A model generated the notes under the pieces. That model did no database searches and was not told the DNA's origin. It was given only the letters and a program-made list of their open reading frames with translations. A stretch of DNA of 64,000 nt from Bacteroidaceae bacterium (GTDB taxonomy: Bacteria > Actinomycetota > Coriobacteriia > Coriobacteriales > CADBOM01). The stretch spans positions 2,923-66,922 of the forward strand of contig CAVFRF010000046.1 in NCBI GenBank assembly GCA_963624975.1. Direction: 5' to 3'. The position numbers were made by a program, and so were the translations under genes. Below are positions 48,221 through 57,662 of this stretch, piece by piece (position 1 is the first letter of the stretch; every line of letters begins with the position of its first letter).

Positions 48221-48519
48221 GTTGGCTCCTTCCGGGGTCGTGAACTTGAGATTTGCATCTGGCGGCGGGATGCCCGCCAGACGAACGAGCTGCATGGATG
48301 CAAAGACGCGACCGAAAGCGCAAGCTGCACTGCCCGCGATGCTCGCCGCCCGTTCGCGTTCCCACTATAGTACATGCCACGCCGGTTGCGCGGCTAAACC
48401 ATTATCATCGAGAAGGTCTGCCGTGCCGAAGGCGGGGCGCACGCCTCGCTTCCGGCAGCGTGCCGCAACGGCCCGGCGAGACGCAAGCTCTAGATTCTCC
48501 AAGACTAGGAGTTCCGCAT

Positions 48520-49527
48520 ATGAACATCATCAAGCTCATCAAGAAGCCCGGCCAGGGCAAGATCGACTTCTTCGCCACCGTCGACGGCGAGACCGTCGAC
48601 GACGCGATCGACTACGCCATCGAGGCCATCTGCGCGCAAACCGGCGTGTACGGCAACGACGACGGCGATGCGGAGCCGGCCCTGCGCGACCGCTTGGGCG
48701 ACCGCCAGTTCGACATGCTGCTGCAGCATCACGTGATGAGCCGGATCATGCCCTTCGTGATCAAGGATCAAGCCGACCTCAACATGGCGTTCGAGCCGCA
48801 GTGCTCTGGCGAGGAGATCCCGCATCGCGGCGAGAACTTCACCTTCCAGATCCACGTGCTGCAGCGTCCCACGTGCATCCTTTCGTCGTACGACCCGGTG
48901 GAGGTCACGGTGGCGCGCTACATCGTGACCGACGACGCGGTGGACAAGCGCATCGCGCAGCTGGGCGCCGAGAACCCCGACTATGCCGAGGCCGCCGGCG
49001 ACCTCGAGGTGGCCGACGTGATGCGCGAGCAGGTGCGCGCCGACCTCGAGAGGGAGGCCGAGCACCAGTCCAACCAGGACCTCAACGTGGTGGTCGATGC
49101 GATGCTGGCCCACAGGCTGCAGGGCAAGATCCCCAACGAGCTGTACGAGAGCGCGGCCAACAGCGTCTACGCCAACCTGCTTAGCACCCTCAGACAGCAG
49201 GGCAGCACGCTCGAGCAGTTCGCCGCCGCCCAGGGCCTCGACCAGAACCAGGTGCGCATGCAGGTGGCCATGCAAGCGCAGAGCATAGTGATGCAGGGAC
49301 TGGCGCTCGACAAGCTCTTCGACATGAAGGTCGGACAGCTCACCGACGAGGACATCGAGGCGGCGTACACCTCCTTCTCCCCCGGCCACGAGGACGAGGT
49401 GAAGAAGCAGTTCGAGGAGAGCGGCCGCATCTACGCAGTGCACGAGGTGGCCAAGCGCATGGCCGCGCACAAATGGCTGCTGGCCAACGCCAAGATCACC
49501 TACAAGGACGAGGACTACCAGATCTAG
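48520..49527 (+). CDS. Trigger-factor-like protein lacking the FKBP PPIase domain
   Basis: 335 aa from ATG 48520 (AGGAG RBS). The N-domain end and linker pattern (FTFQIHVLQRPTCILSSYDPVEVTVARYIVTDDAVDKRIAQL) and the helical C-terminal arm resemble trigger factor. No GFRxGxxP motif and no PPIase segment are present. Confidence 0.5.
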   Translation: MNIIKLIKKPGQGKIDFFATVDGETVDDAIDYAIEAICAQTGVYGNDDGDAEPALRDRLGDRQFDMLLQHHVMSRIMPFVIKDQADLNMAFEPQCSGEEIPHRGENFTFQIHVLQRPTCILSSYDPVEVTVARYIVTDDAVDKRIAQLGAENPDYAEAAGDLEVADVMREQVRADLEREAEHQSNQDLNVVVDAMLAHRLQGKIPNELYESAANSVYANLLSTLRQQGSTLEQFAAAQGLDQNQVRMQVAMQAQSIVMQGLALDKLFDMKVGQLTDEDIEAAYTSFSPGHEDEVKKQFEESGRIYAVHEVAKRMAAHKWLLANAKITYKDEDYQI

Positions 49528-49588
49528 CATCCTCGCATGTCGCACGAAGCGCCCACGGGCGACCCAACGCGCGACGACCCAGCAATCA

Positions 49589-49626
49589 ACGGGCTGCATG
49601 CACCACCGCATGCAGCCCGTAATTTT
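49589..49626 (+). terminator. Rho-independent terminator after the trigger-factor-like gene
   Basis: 13-bp stem ACGGGCTGCATGC/GCATGCAGCCCGT with loop ACCACC, followed by AATTTT. Confidence 0.7.
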
Positions 49627-49656
49627 GAAGGCAGGCATCTACCCTAGGAGCGTCAA

Positions 49657-50571
49657 ATGCCGGTTCTGGCACAGGTTATTCTTCTCACATGCATCACCGG
49701 CATCGGCAGCGGAGCGCTGGGCGCGGGCATCGCGGCGCTCGTGAACTTCGAGTCCAACCGCATCGCCAGCATCATGCTGAGCTTTGCCGCCGGTCTGATG
49801 CTGGCCATCGTGTGCTTTGACTTCGTGCCCGAGGCGGTGGAGCTGGAAGAGGGCAACGCGCACCTCATGCTGGTGGTGCTGTGCATCGCCGCCGGCGCCG
49901 CGTTCGTGGGCGCGCTGGTGCACGTGATCGACAAGAAGGCCGAGAAGCACGCGCACTGCTGCGCGCTGGACGACCCCGAGATCGCCGCGGCCCTCGACGA
50001 GGCCGCCAAGAAGGCGCACATGCAGATGCACGACGACCTCGCGGCGCACTCCCGCGAGCATGGGCACGACCACCACGGCCATCATCACCATGCGGCCCCG
50101 TTCGAGGGCAAAAGTCCCGAGGCCCTCAAGATCGCGGGACTCGTGCTGGCAGCCGCGATCGCCATGCACAACATCCCCGCGGGCATGAGCATCGGCGCCT
50201 CGTTCGCCGACTCAACCGGCACTTTGGTGAGCGACGCGGTGGTAATCGCCCTGCTCATGGGGCTGCACAGCATCCCGGAGTCGATGTCGCTGGGCGTGCC
50301 GTTCCTGCGTGCAGGGTACAGCAAGGGCACGACCGTGGCCATCGCCGCGGTCGTGGGAGCCACCATGGTGGTGGGTGCGGCGATAGGATACCTCGTTGGC
50401 GGCATCGGCCTCTTCTGGCTGGGCATGAGCCTGGCCTTCGCCAGCGGCGCCATGCTCTACGTGCTCTTCGGCGAGATCCTGCCCGAGGCCTTCTCGCTCT
50501 TCCACTCAAAGCGTCCCACAGTGGCCGTGATCGTGGGCATTCTCTGCGGTCTGATGCTGGTGCATCTGTAG
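49657..50571 (+). CDS. ZIP-family divalent metal transporter (ZupT-like) with His-rich loop
   Basis: 304 aa with eight TM segments, a cytoplasmic HSREHGHDHHGHHHH loop, and the conserved HNIPEG-like (HNIPAG) and HSIPES motifs. Confidence 0.85.
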   Translation: MPVLAQVILLTCITGIGSGALGAGIAALVNFESNRIASIMLSFAAGLMLAIVCFDFVPEAVELEEGNAHLMLVVLCIAAGAAFVGALVHVIDKKAEKHAHCCALDDPEIAAALDEAAKKAHMQMHDDLAAHSREHGHDHHGHHHHAAPFEGKSPEALKIAGLVLAAAIAMHNIPAGMSIGASFADSTGTLVSDAVVIALLMGLHSIPESMSLGVPFLRAGYSKGTTVAIAAVVGATMVVGAAIGYLVGGIGLFWLGMSLAFASGAMLYVLFGEILPEAFSLFHSKRPTVAVIVGILCGLMLVHL

Positions 50572-50810
50572 ACGCGAGGCCGGCTCCCGCACTCAAAACA
50601 GAAGCGACCCTCGTAGAGAGGGCCGCTTCCGCGAAGGGTTAGCAGGCAACGCCTGCCCGACAAGCCGCCCTCTGGAAGGAGGGGGTCAGGCACTTTTGGA
50701 GGAATGTTGCCAAGGCTTGGAGGGGATGTCTCCATCGGATAGGGGCAGCACTCGACCTCGAGAGCGGCTATGTCGCAACTATGCAAACTCGTTCATGCCA
50801 ACCAACGTTT

Positions 50811-51620
50811 CTACTCTTCGGGCTTCACGGGGAACAGCCCGGCCTTGTAGGCCCTGAGATAGGCTCCGCAATAGGGGTCGACGCCCATAAGAGCCGTGGT
50901 GGCGTGCATCGTGGCCAGCATATCCTCGCTCATGGAGTCCATGATGGCGCTGTCCATGCCAGCCTGCATGGTGAGCGACAGGAACTGCGTGTTGATGGCC
51001 TTGCGGTACGGCATGCCAAACGAGATGTTGGAGAGTCCCGAGGTAATGTGCACGTCGGGATACTCGGCCTTGATGCGATGGATGGTCTCGATGAAGCTCA
51101 CCATCGACTGCTGGTTGGTGGCCAACGTGGTCACAAGCGGGTCGATGAGGATGTTGTCGTGCGGAATGCCGTAGGCCTCGGCCCTCTTGATGATCTCTTT
51201 GGCGATGTCGAACTTGGTGGCCGGGTCGTCCGGGATTCCGTTGGTGTCGCAGGTAAGCGCCACGACCTTCCAGTCGGTTCCCTGGATGGCCGGCAGCACG
51301 GTCTCGCACTTGCCCTCCTCGAGGGAGATGGAGTTCATGCATCCCACCTTGTTGGCCATTGGCATGCACTTGACGATAACCGAGGGGTCGGGGCTGTCGA
51401 TGCACAGCGGAGTGTCCACGGTGTCCTGCACCAGGTTGATGAGCCACTCCATGACCTCCATCTCCACGTCGGGCTTGACGCCCGCGCACACGTCGATGTA
51501 GGTGGCGCCGCCGTCGGCCTGGCCCTTGGCGATGTACTTGATGTAATCGTCGTCCCTGGCCTCGATGGCAGCCAGGGTCTTGGGGATGAAGCCGTTGATC
51601 TTCTCGCCGATGATAATCAT
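50811..51620 (-). CDS. Methyltetrahydrofolate:corrinoid methyltransferase (pterin-binding TIM barrel, MtgA/MtqA/AcsE-like)
   Basis: 269 aa from ATG 51620 (AGGAGG RBS). It shows IIIGEKINGF, YIDVCAG, PLCIDS, NSISLEE and LSNISFG, the pterin-binding/MeTr pattern. Confidence 0.8.
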   Translation of the reverse strand: MIIIGEKINGFIPKTLAAIEARDDDYIKYIAKGQADGGATYIDVCAGVKPDVEMEVMEWLINLVQDTVDTPLCIDSPDPSVIVKCMPMANKVGCMNSISLEEGKCETVLPAIQGTDWKVVALTCDTNGIPDDPATKFDIAKEIIKRAEAYGIPHDNILIDPLVTTLATNQQSMVSFIETIHRIKAEYPDVHITSGLSNISFGMPYRKAINTQFLSLTMQAGMDSAIMDSMSEDMLATMHATTALMGVDPYCGAYLRAYKAGLFPVKPEE

Positions 51621-51777
51621 TTCCTTACCTCCTGTCGTTGTGGCTGAGGCAGATGCCTTTCGCATCTACGCCAGCTCCGGTTCCAGTCCAACAAACAATG
51701 CGCTACCTCTTGACCGCCTATGAACTCGCCTTCTCGCGCGTCCGGCCGTGCCTTCGCACGAGAAGGCGCTTGCCACC

Positions 51778-53805
51778 CTAGTCGTTGAGCGTCATTCCCC
51801 TTCCGCGGGTGTCCACGAAGAAGTGCTCTTTCCTGTCGCCGCGTTCCCACTCGGGCTGCTCGGTTGCGATGGCCTCGATACGGGTCTCGATGTAGATGTC
51901 TTTGTCGCCCGTGCCCGATTGCGCCTGAACGTCCTCGCAGTTGAGCGTGATCTCGATGTTCCTGGCACCGCTTTGCTGCGCAGCCTCGCGGGCCCTGTCC
52001 ACGGCGTACTGCCTGCCATACTCGACGGCGTCTTCGAGACGCTCGAACATCTTCATCTCCCATGCCGAGTGCAGGTTGAAGCCATCGTTGTTCTCGCCGG
52101 GGGTCACAAGGATCTTTACCGACTCGATAACCTTGCCCACTGCCGAGCCTATGGCGTTGGCCACCTCGGAGTTCTCGGGGATGATGAGCTGCGTTCCGAT
52201 GCGCTCGGCAGCGCGGGGCAGCCAGGCCTCGACGGGCGCGCCGATGCCGATGAGAGGAATGTTGGTCTTGATGGAGCAGGTCACGTACTCCCCGGCTCTG
52301 GGATGCAGCTGCTTGGCGAAGAAGTATGCCGCACCCGGGTCTTCCTTGAGATTGAACCTCGCGCCTTCGTGGATAGCCAGGCTCTGGATGCTGCAGTAGC
52401 AAAGCTCGTCGACGATGCGGTCGGCGGCCACGGCTATGAACTCGTCCATCTGCATGTCGAAGCGCTTGGCAAGAAGGCTCACCGCTCGTTTGGATGCATC
52501 GACGTCGAACGTGGAGAGCTTGCCCGCCGCATGCAGGATGTCGGTCGGCGTGACCGAAACCCTGCTCAGCACGCCCACGTTCACGAGCCTGTCGAGGTTG
52601 AGCAGGTTGGGCTCGGCCTCGATGCGCTCGGCGATGGTGAAGAACGTGTGCGGACCATCCTTGACGGCTTCGACCACCTTCTGCTCCGTGGCCGACAGCG
52701 ATGCCGTGGCATGCTTGTTGAGCAGCTTGAAGCAGTCGACCACCTGCACGTAGCGCAGCAGATAGGCGTACGGCACTATGACCCTGCGCAGCTCGTCGTT
52801 GAGATAGGGGAATTCCGATGCCGCCACGCAGATCGGAATCACGCGCTGCGGCCCCACCTGGAGGTTGCGGCCCATATCCATCTGGATGTAGCTGTCGCCG
52901 CCAAGCCCGTAGGTGTTGATCGAGGCGGCCTCCACCTGGGTGAGGAAGCCTCCCACGCGGGCTCCTTCCTCGTCGACCCTGGGCACGCCATCCTTTACCA
53001 CCGCGATGTCGGTGGTGGTACCGCCCATGTCCAGCACGAAGCCGTCCTTCACACCGGACAAGAAGCCCGCGCCTATGATCGAAGCCGCAGGACCGGAGAG
53101 CAGGGTCTCGATCGGCTTCTCCTGCGCCAGCTTCTCGCCCACCAGCGTGCCGTCGCCCTTCACCACCATGATCGGGGCATCCACGCCCTTCTCGTCGAGA
53201 GAAGCGCGCACCGACATCAGCAGTCGCTTGATGATCGGGATGAGCTTGGCGTTGAGCACCGCGGTAACGGTGCGCTCGTGAATCCCGAGCGAGCGCGTGA
53301 GGTGATGGGCGCACACCACTGGCAAGTCCAGCACCTCACGAACTAGCTCTTGCACACGCAGCTCGTGCTCTGGATTGCGCACGCTCAGATATCCCGAGAT
53401 GGCTATCGCGTCTACCTGGCCGCGCATCGACTCCAGCGCCTCGCGCACTGCATCTTCGTCGAGCGGCTCCTTGGCGATGCCCTTCACGTTGTGCCCGCCG
53501 GGCACGACGCGCAGCTCCGAGCACGGGATGTTGCCGTTTGGCTCGAAGCCTATCATCACCAGCCCGACCTCGCAGCCGGCGCCTTCCACGATGGCGTTGG
53601 TGGCGAGCGTGGTCGAAAGCGACACGATCTCGATGCTATCGAAGTCGTCGAACTCCATGCCGTTTATGCAACCGATGATGCCCCGGCTCAGGTCGTCGCG
53701 CGTCGTGAGGCTCTTGGCCTTCGCAAGCACCTTGCGAGCCGACCTGTCGATCACCACTCCGTCGGTATAGGTGCCACCTGTATCGATCCCAAGTACCAAC
53801 GACAT
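51778..53805 (-). CDS. Hydantoinase/oxoprolinase (HyuA-type) ASKHA-fold ATPase family protein, orphan (no HyuB partner)
   Basis: 675 aa. The N-terminal phosphate-1 motif LGIDTGGTYTDGVV and the second motif VLDMGGTTTDIAVV are typical of the Hydantoinase_A family. No Fe-S-type cysteine cluster is present. Confidence 0.75.
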   Translation of the reverse strand: MSLVLGIDTGGTYTDGVVIDRSARKVLAKAKSLTTRDDLSRGIIGCINGMEFDDFDSIEIVSLSTTLATNAIVEGAGCEVGLVMIGFEPNGNIPCSELRVVPGGHNVKGIAKEPLDEDAVREALESMRGQVDAIAISGYLSVRNPEHELRVQELVREVLDLPVVCAHHLTRSLGIHERTVTAVLNAKLIPIIKRLLMSVRASLDEKGVDAPIMVVKGDGTLVGEKLAQEKPIETLLSGPAASIIGAGFLSGVKDGFVLDMGGTTTDIAVVKDGVPRVDEEGARVGGFLTQVEAASINTYGLGGDSYIQMDMGRNLQVGPQRVIPICVAASEFPYLNDELRRVIVPYAYLLRYVQVVDCFKLLNKHATASLSATEQKVVEAVKDGPHTFFTIAERIEAEPNLLNLDRLVNVGVLSRVSVTPTDILHAAGKLSTFDVDASKRAVSLLAKRFDMQMDEFIAVAADRIVDELCYCSIQSLAIHEGARFNLKEDPGAAYFFAKQLHPRAGEYVTCSIKTNIPLIGIGAPVEAWLPRAAERIGTQLIIPENSEVANAIGSAVGKVIESVKILVTPGENNDGFNLHSAWEMKMFERLEDAVEYGRQYAVDRAREAAQQSGARNIEITLNCEDVQAQSGTGDKDIYIETRIEAIATEQPEWERGDRKEHFFVDTRGRGMTLND

Positions 53806-53992
53806 GATCTCTCACTCCTCAAACATGCTTCTCGAACTCCGGCAGCCCTGTGCTGCCCGCTAACCTCTTCGCTTTTCGGGGCTTGCGGAGGGGCTGCGAT
53901 CCGCAGATGCAACCCCTCCGCGCTCTTGTGCTGCTAGCCGCCCCGGGCCTCTCATGACCTTGTGCAAACCCAGCTAGCAGTACAGCCTGGCT

Positions 53993-55471
53993 CTATTCGC
54001 CGGGCATGTGTCCGACGGCGTTCTCAACGATGTCGCGCACCTGGGCTACGACGTCCTTGGGAAGCGGCTTGGCCTCGTGGTTCTCGATGATGTCGCGAAC
54101 CTTCTCGTTGGCCACCTGAGTGAGGCTCTTCGAGCCGGCCTTCTGCCAGATCTCGCGAGCGCCGCGGTTAACCAGGCGGTTCTTGTAGTCCACGCGGCTC
54201 TGCTTGGGAGTGAAGATGCCCTCTTCCTCCTCGATGGGCTCTGCCGGGGAGAACCGTCCACCGGGTCCGACCTTCTCGATCTCTTCGAGGGAGAGGGTCT
54301 CTTCGGTGGTCTGGATGCCGGCCGTGATCCTGCGGGCCATGCCCAGAACCTCGTCGGCGATAACGACCAGGTCGAGGTTGGAGGTGGTGCCGTACTCTGC
54401 ATAGCCGGTGTCGTGGTTGAGGTTTGCACCCGACATGTTGGTCATCGCCATGGAGATGGCGGCCTCGACGCCGGCCTGCTCGTCGATGATGCAGGAGTCG
54501 GTGCAGCCTGCGGTACCGAACATCGGTATGTGCAGGTAGTGGGCCACGTCGGCTAGTCCGGCCAGCAGGATGCTCAGCTCGGGAGCGCCGTAGGAGAAGA
54601 TCGTGGACCCCATGTCGAGCACCGTGTACACGCCGCCCATGATGAACGGGGCGCCCTCGTTGGTGCACTGGCTGAGCACGAGGCCGCTGAGCGACTCGCA
54701 CAGGCCCTGGACCATAACGCCTGCCATAGTCGCAGGTGCGGTTCCGCCTGCCATGATGCAGGGCGTGTAGATGGTGGGCAGGCCCTTCTTGGCGCCGTAG
54801 ACCATCTTCTGCGCTGCCTCGATGCAGTGGACGCCAGGCGAGATGGGCTCGGCGTACAGGCAGATGAACGGGTTGTTGCGAAGCTCTTCCTCGCCGCCAG
54901 CCACGATCTCGGCCATCTTGATGCAGTCTTCCTGACCATACTGGTCGACGCACACCGTGATGATGGGCTTCTCGGTGTTGAGGATCTGCTGCTCGAACTC
55001 ATGACGGTCGGAGATGAGCAGCGGCACGTCCTGCACGATGCCCAGCGACATCGCATAGTCGATGTTGGGCAGCGCGTCGAGAACCTTGGTAGCCCAGCCT
55101 ACGCTCTGACGTGTCGCGCGGTGGCGCTCGCCGGTGTAGGGGTTGCGGGTAAACGGGGTGCACGGGCCGGACCCGAAGTAGGAGTTGCCTCCCTCGAGGA
55201 ACAGCTCGCGCTCGCCGGTCCTGCTGTTGCACAGCACGATGTGCTTCTGGCACGTCTGCAGTGCGCGCTCGGTGATGTGAGCGGGGATGCGGACCCTAAT
55301 TCCGTCTACCGTGCATCCCGCCTTCTTCAGAATCTCGATGGATTCCGGATCATGGAACTCGGTGCCGGTCTTCCACATGGCCTCAGTTGCCGCGAACACA
55401 AGCTCCTGGCACTGGGCCTCGGAGAAGACGTTCATCTTCACACCGGTATTTGCATACAGGTTTGTTCTCAT
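53993..55471 (-). CDS. MttB-superfamily methyltransferase, non-pyrrolysine paralog 1
   Basis: 492 aa, an uninterrupted ORF with no in-frame TAG. Trimethylamine-methyltransferase-family blocks (GGTAPATMAG, YGAPE, GANLNHDTGY, VGPGG). It has an unusual acidic insert, SPAEPIEEEEGIF, after the GPGG motif. Confidence 0.85.
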   Translation of the reverse strand: MRTNLYANTGVKMNVFSEAQCQELVFAATEAMWKTGTEFHDPESIEILKKAGCTVDGIRVRIPAHITERALQTCQKHIVLCNSRTGERELFLEGGNSYFGSGPCTPFTRNPYTGERHRATRQSVGWATKVLDALPNIDYAMSLGIVQDVPLLISDRHEFEQQILNTEKPIITVCVDQYGQEDCIKMAEIVAGGEEELRNNPFICLYAEPISPGVHCIEAAQKMVYGAKKGLPTIYTPCIMAGGTAPATMAGVMVQGLCESLSGLVLSQCTNEGAPFIMGGVYTVLDMGSTIFSYGAPELSILLAGLADVAHYLHIPMFGTAGCTDSCIIDEQAGVEAAISMAMTNMSGANLNHDTGYAEYGTTSNLDLVVIADEVLGMARRITAGIQTTEETLSLEEIEKVGPGGRFSPAEPIEEEEGIFTPKQSRVDYKNRLVNRGAREIWQKAGSKSLTQVANEKVRDIIENHEAKPLPKDVVAQVRDIVENAVGHMPGE

Positions 55472-55483
55472 TTCTGCTTCTCC

Positions 55484-56953
55484 TTATCCAGCCGCATCGA
55501 CTTTGTCGACGATTGCAGCGAACTCCTTGGAGCCGTCCGCCAGAATCGCTGCCTTCTGATACGAGTTGAGCAGGTCCTCGGTCTTGTTGACCGTGCGGTC
55601 GCCCAGCGACAGGGAGCCTTCTGCTGCCCAGTCGTCGATGCGCTTGCGGTTCATGAGCGTGGGCCAGAACTGCTCCGACTTGAAGTAGTAGCGCGTGTGC
55701 AACGTGCCGAGGTAGTGTCCGCCGGGCTCGACCTCGTCGATCACGCCGCGGGCGAGGCGATCCTCGTCCATCTCGACGCCGCGCATGATGCGCCTGGTGA
55801 TGGCCGCCAGCTCATCGGCCAGGGTGAGCAGCATGAGGCTGAACGCGCATCCGCTCTCGACGGTGCCCGCGCCGTGAATCAGGTTGGTGCCCGCAAGGCC
55901 GGCCGTGAGGGTCGACATGGCGGACTCGAGACCTAGCTGGGCATCGGACATCTTGGAGTCGGTGGCTGCCGCGAATCCGAACGAGGGGATGCGCAGGTAG
56001 CGAAGCACTCCGGCGTAGCCGGCGCCGAGGAGGCTCACCTCGGGTGCGCCATAGGGCACCATCTGGTTGTCCACGTCGCAGCTGCCAAAGAATCCGCCGG
56101 TGATGAACGGTGCGCCTTCGGCAACCGCCTGCGACAGCACAAGAGCTGCGATGGAGTTGGCCAGCGCCACGATGAGCACGCCGGCGCTCTCGGAGGGAGC
56201 GGTGTGGCCGGCGATCAGCTCGTTGGAGAACACCACGGGGATGCCCTTCTCGGCTGCAAAGGCCACGATGTCGAGTGCCTCGCCACTGATGAGCAGGCTC
56301 TCGTCGGCTGCCACGTGCAGCACCACGCAGGGATCCCAGCGCAGCTTGTCTTCGGAACCCACGGCCGCGACTGCGAGGTCGTAGACGGCCTTGGCCTGGT
56401 TCATGCACTTCACGTTCTGAACGATCGGCTTGACGGTGGTTTCCAGCAGCGCCTTGAACGCGTGGACCTCGGCGGTCTTCGCCGGCACGTCGGTGGGCAC
56501 GCCGCCCGACATCGCGAAGTCGATTCCGGGAAGGCTGTCGACCAGCATTCCGACCTTCTCCACATCGGCGATCGTGAAGTCGCGAGGTGCCTCGGCATTG
56601 GCGTCCAGAATCTGCTTGCAGGCAAATCCGGGGCCGTAGTGCACGTGGTTGGTCTCGAGGACCATGGCCCTGTTGCCCTCGCGGTCGCAAAGCGTCACGC
56701 GGGAAGGCGCCACGCGCAAAGCCCATTCGCTCTTAGCGGAGGGAATGCGCACGCGGCCTCCCTCGACTCGGCATCCTGCGTCGGCAAAGATCTTGCAGGC
56801 TGCATCGCTCTTCGCCTCGAAGCCGGTCCTCTCGAGCAGCTCGAGCGCCCTTACGAGAACCGCCTCGCACTGGTCGTCTGTCAGCATCTCCCAGTGAAGG
56901 TTCTGCTGAACCTGGAAACCAGCCGTGGTGTACAAACTCTTGGTCCTATACAC
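55484..56953 (-). CDS. MttB-superfamily methyltransferase, non-pyrrolysine paralog 2
   Basis: 489 aa with a GTG start and AGGAGGAG 5 nt upstream. It has the same family blocks (TAPSESAG, YGAPE, GTNLIHGAGT, VEPGGHYLGTLHTRYYF). It is uninterrupted and sits 12 bp upstream of paralog 1. Confidence 0.85.
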   Translation of the reverse strand: MYRTKSLYTTAGFQVQQNLHWEMLTDDQCEAVLVRALELLERTGFEAKSDAACKIFADAGCRVEGGRVRIPSAKSEWALRVAPSRVTLCDREGNRAMVLETNHVHYGPGFACKQILDANAEAPRDFTIADVEKVGMLVDSLPGIDFAMSGGVPTDVPAKTAEVHAFKALLETTVKPIVQNVKCMNQAKAVYDLAVAAVGSEDKLRWDPCVVLHVAADESLLISGEALDIVAFAAEKGIPVVFSNELIAGHTAPSESAGVLIVALANSIAALVLSQAVAEGAPFITGGFFGSCDVDNQMVPYGAPEVSLLGAGYAGVLRYLRIPSFGFAAATDSKMSDAQLGLESAMSTLTAGLAGTNLIHGAGTVESGCAFSLMLLTLADELAAITRRIMRGVEMDEDRLARGVIDEVEPGGHYLGTLHTRYYFKSEQFWPTLMNRKRIDDWAAEGSLSLGDRTVNKTEDLLNSYQKAAILADGSKEFAAIVDKVDAAG

Positions 56954-56998
56954 AACAACTCCTCCTAACGTTTCCTCAAATCAGTCTTTCCTGTACGC

Positions 56999-57637
56999 CT
57001 ACTCGACGTTCATCAGCCTCTTGCAGAGGTCGGCTGCCGAAACCGCGTCGGGCGAATAGCCGTCGGCCGTGATCTCGTCGCAGAAGTCCTGCGATACGGG
57101 AGCGCCGCCGATGATGACCTTCACGTCGTCGCGCAGGCCCTCCTCCTTGAGCAGCTCGATGGTGTCCTTCATGTGCAGCATGGTGGTGGTGAGAAGAGCG
57201 GACATAGCCACGATGTCGGGCTTGTGCTCCTTCACGCCCTCGATGAAGGTCTCGGGCGCCACGTCGATGCCTGCGTTGATGACCTTGAAGCCGGCGCTCT
57301 CGAGCATCATGAGCACGAGGTTCTTGCCGATGTCGTGCAGGTCGCCCTTGACGGTGCCCAGGTACACGGTGCCCAGGCTCTTCATGTCGCCAGCTGCGAT
57401 AAGCGGCTTGACGATCGAAACGCCCTTGTCCATGGCCTCTGCCGCCGCGATAACCTCGGGAACGAACACCTTGTTGGCCTTGAACAGCACGCCCACCTCG
57501 GTCATGCCTGCAATCAGGCCATCGTTGATGATCTCGAGCGGAGCCACGCCCTGGTCGAGCAGCTCCTTGCTAAGCTTGTCTGCCTTTACCGCGTTGCCCT
57601 GTACAACAGCCTTCTGCAGATCTTCCATCGTTGCCAT
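56999..57637 (-). CDS. Corrinoid (B12-binding) protein of the MttC/MtgC/MtqC type
   Basis: 212 aa from ATG 57637 (AAGGAGG RBS). It has an N-terminal helical cap and a Rossmann B12-binding domain with the DxHxxG motif (GDLHDIGKN) and SALLTTT. Confidence 0.88.
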   Translation of the reverse strand: MATMEDLQKAVVQGNAVKADKLSKELLDQGVAPLEIINDGLIAGMTEVGVLFKANKVFVPEVIAAAEAMDKGVSIVKPLIAAGDMKSLGTVYLGTVKGDLHDIGKNLVLMMLESAGFKVINAGIDVAPETFIEGVKEHKPDIVAMSALLTTTMLHMKDTIELLKEEGLRDDVKVIIGGAPVSQDFCDEITADGYSPDAVSAADLCKRLMNVE

Positions 57638-57662
57638 AGCTAGCCTCCTTAAAACTGTTTGC

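Noticed and set aside
53993-56953. Possibility that the MttB homologs are pyrrolysine (in-frame TAG) enzymes.
   Set aside because: Both ORFs are full length (492 and 489 aa) with no internal stop, and no pylT or pylSBCD genes are seen in the window. They belong to the non-Pyl branch.
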